Assembly (NCBI RefSeq): GCF_902459465.1
Contig: NC_047074.1
Span: 12,958,001 to 13,022,000, forward strand
DNA length: 64,000 nt
DNA from: Asterias rubens
Lineage: Eukaryota
Reading direction: 5' to 3'
Position numbers and translations under genes: made by a program. A model generated the notes under the pieces. The model saw only the letters and a program-made list of their open reading frames with translations, was not told the DNA's origin and ran no database searches. Shown here one piece after another: positions 51,301 through 60,300 of this stretch; positions within the stretch are counted from its first letter, which is position 1; each line of letters begins with the position of its first letter.

Positions 51301-54300
51301 TGAAGTTACTTTTACACTGTTTTCAAGAATTGTCGGTGCAAACATTTTCTAATTCAATTCGAATTCAATATTGGTTTATTTTCATATAAAAATACAAGAC
51401 CAAATAAAAAGTCATAGACTAATGGCATTTGGTTAACAATAAAATTACATCAAAAATATATGTACAAATTTGCATAAGACAATAATTATTATTAAAAATA
51501 TTAATATAGTTAAATAGACAAACAGGAATTGGGAAAACAGCTATGGACATGCGGGGGAACTTGAGGACACAATATAAAAACAAAAAAGGGAGTTTAAAAC
51601 AAAACAGCAACATTCTGTAGGCAAGGGAGGTTTGGACACAACGTGAATACAAAGGGAATGAGACGGAGCGGTTATCATGAACTAATTGAGTTAAGCATCT
51701 GGAGCATTGAGGGGACTGGCGAGTTTTTGTATCTCTGAGTTTTTATCTGAAGGTGTTCTAGTTGCCTGGTGTTTCTTAAAGTATGCTCTGACAAATAATT
51801 AAATTTACGTTCTGGGGGGGAGGAGATGGCGATGATTATCAGAAGTGAGCAGAGATTTGGCAAATTTAAGAACTAGGTGTTTACGCATTTCATTCAATGA
51901 TTCAAGTCTAAAAAAATTCAAGTGATCAAGATAAGACAAAATATTCGGATAAGCAATAATACGCAAAGCCCTTTTTTGAACTTTTTCAATAAGCTTGTAT
52001 TTCATATAAGCTTGTGATTCCCGATGACCAAACAGCAACACCAGATTCGAGTAATGGGCGAATGTATAGTTCAATAAATAACAATGAGGTCATTGGCTTG
52101 AACTTGATTTTTCTTTAATTTACTGAGTATGTTAAGTCGTCGTGAAGCCATACTGACAATCTGTTGAACTTGTTGGTCCCATTTGACATTATTTTAAATA
52201 GTAATCCCAAGAAGCTTCAGTGACGAGACAGCTTCAAGTTGCAGACCATTGACATGCAGCTGAATGGATGAAACCGGATTTCTTAGAAAAGAAATCTGCA
52301 TTACCATACATTTGGAAGGATTCAGTTTCATATCATTAACATCACACCAATGCACAAGTTCATTAACACCAGATTGTAAGTTTGACTGTTCACCTCTGGG
52401 AACAACCTCAACCACACTGAGATCATCCACATACTTCCATCGATGTTGGATATCATTGGCAGCATCATTGACCATGGCCAAAAAAGAGGATTGGTCCCAA
52501 CTTTGTGCCCTGTGGGACACCGCATGTCAGTAAAATACTGAGCGTTAAATAATTATATTCATCTGAATGAACGCTGCATTATGTTTGAAGTTGTTATCTT
52601 GTCGTAATACCAGTTAGTATTCGATCACACAAATTTATCATTGATAAATTAATTTAATACCAACCTACATTGTATACATTAGACAAGTACTTCTGTATTT
52701 GACCACAAAATGTTTTCCATGATTCCATGTATCCTTTTAATCGGGACAAATCTTACATTAGCCCGACCCAGAGGGTCCACCCTGCCCTCAATTATAACTC
52801 ATTTTAACGTCAACCTGACGTAGTGACCCCCCCTCCTCCCTAACCCATCAGCACAATATTAGATTACTTTAAATGTTCACGATTCCATTATCCTTTATCC
52901 TAGGAACAATCTTACACCAGCCAAACCCAGAAGGTCCACCCTGCCCTCTGACAGATACTTCGTTCACTGATCCAAAGTGGCAGGCCTTGGATTTCAACGG
53001 ACTATGGAACATGAGGATTGACAACTGGGATATAGAGTACCACAATCAACAGGTACGATACATGAAACTCCGGTGAACACCTGGGGGCCAATTCCATAGA
53101 GCTGCTTAAGCAAACAATTTGCTTAAGCACGAACATAGCTCGCTTATTTTACACATGTTACTTGCCAAATTGTTATGCCATATACATTGCTTGTGACTGG
53201 TATTTAGCTGTTGTTTACTTAGCATAACAACTGAGTGGACTCTTGGCCGGTAATCCGATTTTACTAAGCAAGGATTTTTTCGCTTAAGCAAACTTTTTCG
53301 CTTAAGCAGCTCTATGAAATTTGGCCCTGAAATTAACCAGCATGATAAGCACTCTGTCATAATATTTGTTGCCCTAATATTTGTGTCAGTTCGGTGTGTC
53401 ATACTTTTTAAAATCCATGCACTGTTCTGTACACTCCAATATTTAATCATCTCTATATTTTAATACGCATAATTTATTGTCTGTATTTTTTATAAACATG
53501 TATGCCATTTGTTGGCGGGGCTGGGAGGGCACATCGTTTTGATTACAGTTTTGTTTAAACTGTTGCCTTACCCTTGGCGGCCCTACAAACAAAGATCATC
53601 CGAAGATTGGAAATAAAATAACGAAAGAAAATATACTTTTGTCTAATTTGATTGGGTTTTAACTGAACATTCTCTTGTCGAAACTTGTTCACTTGTAAAG
53701 CAGTTCAGGCCAGAATAATGGTATTTTAACAAATGCTTTTCAAGTATTTCTTTGAGTTGCTTAGTATAGATAATCATGTCAGTGTCTACCTCATTTGTGT
53801 TGTTAAACATACTCTGTTTCAATATTATTATTAGCACTAGGTGAATAAGATTGGATTAGAAGAGTAATTATAGAAACATTAATTGTGAAACTTGAGCCGT
53901 CATTTTATAAAGAGTTTTAAAGATTCAGTTGCATAAGTACAAACTACCAATGATACGAGTCTTCAAGTTAAACGCAACATTGTATCAATTTATTGCTTTT
54001 CTTAGATATCTGCATCGGATGAAAGTGTGTTTCTGAAGATGGAGCGAGATACACGGGAACCTCGTATGCTCTCCGGAGCGTATGTCATAAATGCACAAAT
54101 TGTCCGGAGCTCTGAATACGAGGTAAACGTTCATCATCAGGGGAAGTGGGAAGAATCAAGTTTTATAATTTTATTAGGCGTTGTGATCTTCGAGAAGTTT
54201 TTAGTTCGGTGTCTCGGGCAAACTTCCATATTTTTTGCACAGATAGTCATACAGTCAAGAAACCCCTTCAAGTTTACATTTGTATAATAAAGGGATACGA

Positions 54301-57300
54301 TTTAAAAGTATGTAAAGTCTGAATAAATCGAGAGAAAAATATAAGCATTTCAAGTGCATATGAAAAGAACCTGGGAACTGATTATTATTATTATTTTATT
54401 TGCCATAACAGTACAACACAAAATACAAGACAAAATACCCCGAGATGGACAAGGGACAACAAAAGCAAGATCTGTTGCCCCACATCTGGGGTACACAATA
54501 AAATTAATAGAGATTTAACATAATATAGAACACAAAGCAATAATAAAAGCAGATTACTATACAACCAATAGTAAATAATAAAATATCTAATAAGAATTTT
54601 AAAAAAAATTATATCCACAACACATGATTTAATCCGTGAAACCTAATTTAATACATTTGGATCCTGACTTCATCTACAGAACATGGTGTTCTAAATTTAG
54701 AAAAAGGAAGATCAATGGAGTTTGCGGTGAAGAAATTGTGACTAGATTTTTTTTCCGTGAAACCAATTCTGAAAATACACCAAGCACACTTCTCTAAAAA
54801 AGGAGGAACTTTGAAGATGGGTGGATTTTAACAAAAAAATAAACACAACCTTAGATAAAGAAACGGTTTTAAATCTGCCAGTTTTGGACATTTTTCTTGT
54901 TCAGTTTGATCTGATGGCTGCATCATCAGACCTTCATAGCGTCACAAGTATTTTGTTCTGGGATGGTCCAGACAGAGTGGTCGGAGAGTACGACTTTGGT
55001 GGAGCTGAGAATTGGCAAGAAGGGATATGCCAGTGTTGTTATGCAATACCCTTCAATCAGGTAATGCGTTTTTTTCTAGGTATAACCAGCAATCAAATTG
55101 TAATAGACCTCTTGCATGTGACGTTTGTGTTCCCTTTTCAGGTTGCTTAATTTTATTGGTAGTGTTAAAGGAACACGTTGCCTTGGATCGGTCGAGTTGG
55201 TCTTTGAAAAGCGTTTGTAACCGTTTGTTATAAAATGCGTATGATTAGAAAGATGTTTTCAAAGTAGAATATAATGATCCACACAAGTATCACTCGACAT
55301 TGCGTGGTTTTCTTTTTACCTCGTCGACAAACAAGGTCGGCCATGTGGGAGTCAAATTGTTGACTCCTTTAATGGCCGACCGTGGTAGTTCTCAAAGTAA
55401 AAGAAAAAACACGCAATTTCGAGGTAAATGTGTGTGGATCATTGTATTATACTTTTAAAACATCTTTCTAACCATATGCATTTTAAAACAAATGGTTACA
55501 ACGGTTTTCTAAGACCAACTCGACCGATCCAAGGCAACGTGTTCCTCTAAAGTGTTTGAGTCGACAAATAGTTGGATCAGCCCCTACCTGCTTGTGTACT
55601 CATTTTCTTTCAAATCATTACAAGTGAATAGTTTTTGCATTGCCATCTCTAACTTGAGAATGAAGCATGAGTTTTAATGGTGTAAATCTTTTTTTTTTTT
55701 TTTTTACATCAGTCTGATTGCCCTGATTGTAACTGCAAAGATTTCCTGGGAATAGACGATTCAACCTCTGCTTACTCGTCAGTTAACAGCACAACAATTG
55801 ATTTGGTGACTACAGAAACGGCAGACATAACCACTGCTGATGAAGCGGCAGACATGACCACTGCTGATGAAGCGGCAGACATGACCACTGCTGATGAAGC
55901 GGCAGACATGACCACTGCTGATGAAGCGGCAGACATGACCACTGCTGATGAAGCGGCAGACATGACCACTGCTGATGAAGCGGCAGACATGACCACTGCT
56001 GATGAAGCGACAGACATGACCACTGCTGATGAAGCGGCAGACATGACCACTGCTGATGAAGCGGCAGACATGACCACTGTGAACTCAACTCAAGTTCACA
56101 CGAAAGAAGTTAAAAATGTGACACGAAAACTGTGGACCATTCGTAAGAAAGATGCAGTTGGTGACGGCATTTCTGATGAAGTTGGCGGCAGATGGACTAA
56201 ACAGAGAGCATGTGGTCTGCAACTGCATCCAAGTAAGTCACTTTTTCTTCAATTCTATCAATGTGACAGGCATGCCAGTGGGCCAATAATATGTAGACTT
56301 ACTCCTAAGTTGAAAGGCTGGCTACACATTGAGCCAGTGGTCTCCAATTGCATCCAAATTTAGTAAAAATTTATTCAGAACTCTTGTTTTTTCTTATATC
56401 CTATCATTGCGAAAGGCATGCCATTGTGATAAACATGTAGACTTACTCCTACGTTTAGTATCGTGACTGTGAAATTAAATGTTGGTGTGTTCAGCGTGTA
56501 GACTCAACTTCAATGTTTAAATTTTTGATGGCAAACATCGTCCACTTTGTGTATTGACCTATCGTAAAATAAGTGCATAAATGTTTCAAGGTTTTTACAA
56601 CAGCTATCAATATCAGAGCGCCGGTTGTTGCAGATTTGTTGTTTCCATTTGTTTTAACACGTTTTAAATTTCCATTTTTACTCATTCTATTTTTTTTCTT
56701 CTATAGATGGCAACGCATCACAGTTAGTGTTGTGGTGTCGCCATTTTGAAGATGAATGGCCGATGACGTCACAGTCTGTAGATCTTGACTTTGACCCATC
56801 CATGGAGGAACACCACTACTCTATTCACTTCAGTGTCATGCCACTTGATGCAAAAGAGGTACATTTATTTGTAACAAAGGGTTGTAAAATCGCTCCGCTC
56901 TCTGTCGCAATTAATAACAACTTTTTGCCATTTTGAGTTACTGTTTGGAAACATCGGTTTCGAGTAAACATTTACCATTCAACTTTCTATCAGGAAACTG
57001 ATGAGAAACTTAACACTATCAATTCGCATTTGTATTAGTTGAAAACTATATAATTTTCGTATTTTAACGGATTTCTTCATAGATGTTCAATGGATGACAT
57101 GGTATACAAACTCGACATTATTGTTTTTGAAAAGTTATAATAATTGTTGACATGACGGGCAACCATTTTTGATATGTCTAGTTTAGCAGTAAGCTTTTAT
57201 TCCAAAACATTGTTGATAGGACAAGTGTTCATTAAATATCTGCATCATTTTTAACTTTGCTTTAATGGATGACACGCTGTATATATCTCAAAATCTGGAC

Positions 57301-60300
57301 AAGTTTTTAACATTTCTGACGTGAAGAGCGGTCACTTTCTGTACAAGATGCAAGTGACTTTCGTTTGTTTTTTTCTTTCTTATTTTTGTTTATGTTCTGA
57401 CAGGACGAGTGGTCATTTAATGTGTACATCGATGGCAATCTTCTCTCTTCTTTGACCGGTATCCCTGTCATGTCTTCATCCACCAAACTCATCCTTCATG
57501 TCTTCAACAAAGATAACTATGTGGCTGATCTAGATGACGCCTTCAACCCACCTACTGCTACAACAACCATCAAAAATCTAATGTAATATAGTTGTGTCTT
57601 TGTTTAATATATTCATATATTCGGCTAACACATTATGAATGGACTATTCTTCTCTATGCACAGTCTGACAAAGCTGTATCACTTATCCATAATTATTGTG
57701 TAGCATAATAAACTTGATAAAGACTGAAATAGAATAATGAATACAACAACTCATTTGCTTATACAGGATGCCTCCAGATGCTAGTAGGCTCTGCCGTTAT
57801 GGGTTACCATTCAGAGCGGGTACCAGTCCAGTTTCCAGATATTTCGCTGGTGTTGGTAGTGAAGCGGGAAAAACAAACATTGTGGCGTATGAGGAGGTAT
57901 GTTTGGCCTACTTAAAATGAGGGATCTCTAGTAATATTGTTAATTATTTGTTACCAATATTGCTGCTGCTGTTGCTGCTGCTGTTGCTGTGGCTGCTGTT
58001 GTTTGTTGTTTGATGTTTGTTGTTTGATGATGTATGTTGGTTGTTGGTTGTTNNNNNNNNNNNNNNNNNNNNNNNNNNNNNNNNNNNNNNNNNNNNNNNN
58101 NNNNNNNNNNNNNNNNNNNNNNNNNNNNNNNNNNNNNNNNNNNNNNNNNNNNNNNNNNNNNNNNNNNNNNNNNNNNNNNNNNNNNNNNNNNNNGTTTTAA
58201 ATTATTCCAGATTTCCCGGCCGTGTGTACCGTGTATCAATCCATGTGATTGGTACCAGTGTAATCAGTCATGCTCCATGGAGGAAAGCTCCATTACATTC
58301 ACACTCACCAACCTGGCTCTGCCGAAGCTGGAAGTCCTAAACACCACAAGGAACGACACAAATAATACTTCATCTGCTACTGGGGAGGATGGCTTACCCT
58401 CTCCTTTCTTCCTGACAGGTATAGGTGGTTCGGTAATAATTATAAATAGATTAGTGAGAGACTTAGGGTATGGAGAAATAATTATGAACATGTGGTGGTG
58501 TTGAACCATAAAAATGTTCTACAGATCTGTGAAACTTCCCCAACGTCATGATGCACTTTACATTACTATGGGTGTTATTTCTTATGTATCTCCTCTGTTT
58601 TGTATCTCCTCTGTTAAGGAATTTTGTACAATATTATGGTCTTGATAATAGGTCAATCATGTTCAACCCTCAGATACCTTCTGAAAAAAAGTCAATCTGC
58701 CTCAGTTGTTTTTTTAATCGATTTTTGATTTTCGTCTTATGTTTAATATAGGCTTTAAAACTATTCCCCGACAACCATAGCATGTACGTCTCGCTTCTTC
58801 GGACATTGTAAAAATTAATAACACAGGCGCGTGAACTAAACTATTCTGAAATAACGAAACTACCAAACACCCTCATGAAAACCACATGTAAGTAATAATT
58901 GATTTAAGTTTAACTCTGGATGTGTCACTCCTCAGTTAAGTGTGTCCTAGGGAACGGACAAGAGGCGTCTTCATCTTCGAACGGTTTCTACATTGACGAT
59001 ACACCAGCAAAGCTTGATGTCTTATTCTACGTGGATATCAATCGCAACGCGTATGAACCAACAGAGTTCCAGTCTTCAAATTCAACAATCAAGGTCTTGT
59101 GGAGTTTCATTGACATGCAAAGTCAAGTTAAGGTACTCAATTTATCTTTCTCTGTATTGATAATATTGCTTATTTTTCACTTTTACTCGAGGGTTGGGAT
59201 TTCGGCAGGTTTTCGGACTCGGTGTGGCTGATAGCCAAGCAGTAAAGCCCGGTTCATACTTCATGCGAATGCGTATGCGGAGCGAATTTGACGTGAATTT
59301 GACATCACAACCCTCCTTTCGCAGCGATATTTGCAAGTGTGTTGAGCAAAGTTGAACTGCTGCGAATTTTTCTTTGCGAATTTGTGACGTCAACATTCGT
59401 ATCGCATTCGCACTCGCAGGAAGAATGAACCGGGCTTTAGACTATATATTTTTATTTATTATTATTTTTGCATTGTGACGTTTCTGTTTTGGTTTCCGTG
59501 TTCCTTTTAATGCCTTGGATTGTTGTGCTTGTATTTTGGGGGTTAAAATAATAAAAAATAACTAGAAAAAAAAGTGTATTTCAACCGATTGACTTTGCAG
59601 AGAAATTGTTATTGATTTTATAATCTGATTCTGACGATGTGTTATGATCGTTCCCATCATTCAGGAACATTATTGGGCCATTGGAACGTCAAGAGGTGCT
59701 GTGGACTTACAAGACTTTGTCAATGTTGGATTGAACCAGACAGCTTACAATAGCAACTTGGAAGGACAACTACAACACAATACATCATACTACGTGACTG
59801 TCAAGTGCATCAATGGAGCTGGATTGGAGACTGTGGTAGAATCTGATGGTAGGTAACGAGCAAAGACATAGGCAATGGCAAATTCCTTCATTCCGAAAAT
59901 ATTTTCTGACCAGGGATCTTTGGAATGCATTCGTTTATTCACTCATGTATGGCTCTTAAATTTTACTAATTTCATCACTCCAGGTGTGACGGTTCTCTTT
60001 GAGAAACCCTTCCTGGATGATCTACACCCCTGTCAGTTTAATGTAAATCTGTGGATATTGTGTTTTGTGTCCTACGAAAAGTACCCAGACCCTTTAACTT
60101 GAACCCTTGTTTCACTCCAGGTGTAACGGTCCTCTTTGAGAAACCCTCGGTGGATGATGTCAACACCACCTCCATGTTTAGTCAGAAGTTTGAAGAGGAA
60201 GTTTATCCACCTGACGTGCAGAAGAATGACGACCCAACAAAGACAGGAACCTCCTGGTCCAAACCTGAAGATGAGTCCATCGATCGATATGGTACAACTG

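Noticed and set aside
55772-56088. Minus-strand ORFs (MSAASSAVV)n and (WSCLPLHQQ)n; the array superficially resembles a CRISPR
   Set aside because: Antisense readings of the 27-bp coding VNTR. There are no unique spacers, so it is not a CRISPR array.
58053-58193. Possible exon hidden in the assembly gap
   Set aside because: Exons 86 and 87 join in phase and read continuously. A small symmetric exon cannot be excluded, but nothing requires one.
57937-58340. Poly-Cys and poly-Thr/Ala ORFs
   Set aside because: Microsatellite plus N-gap artefacts.
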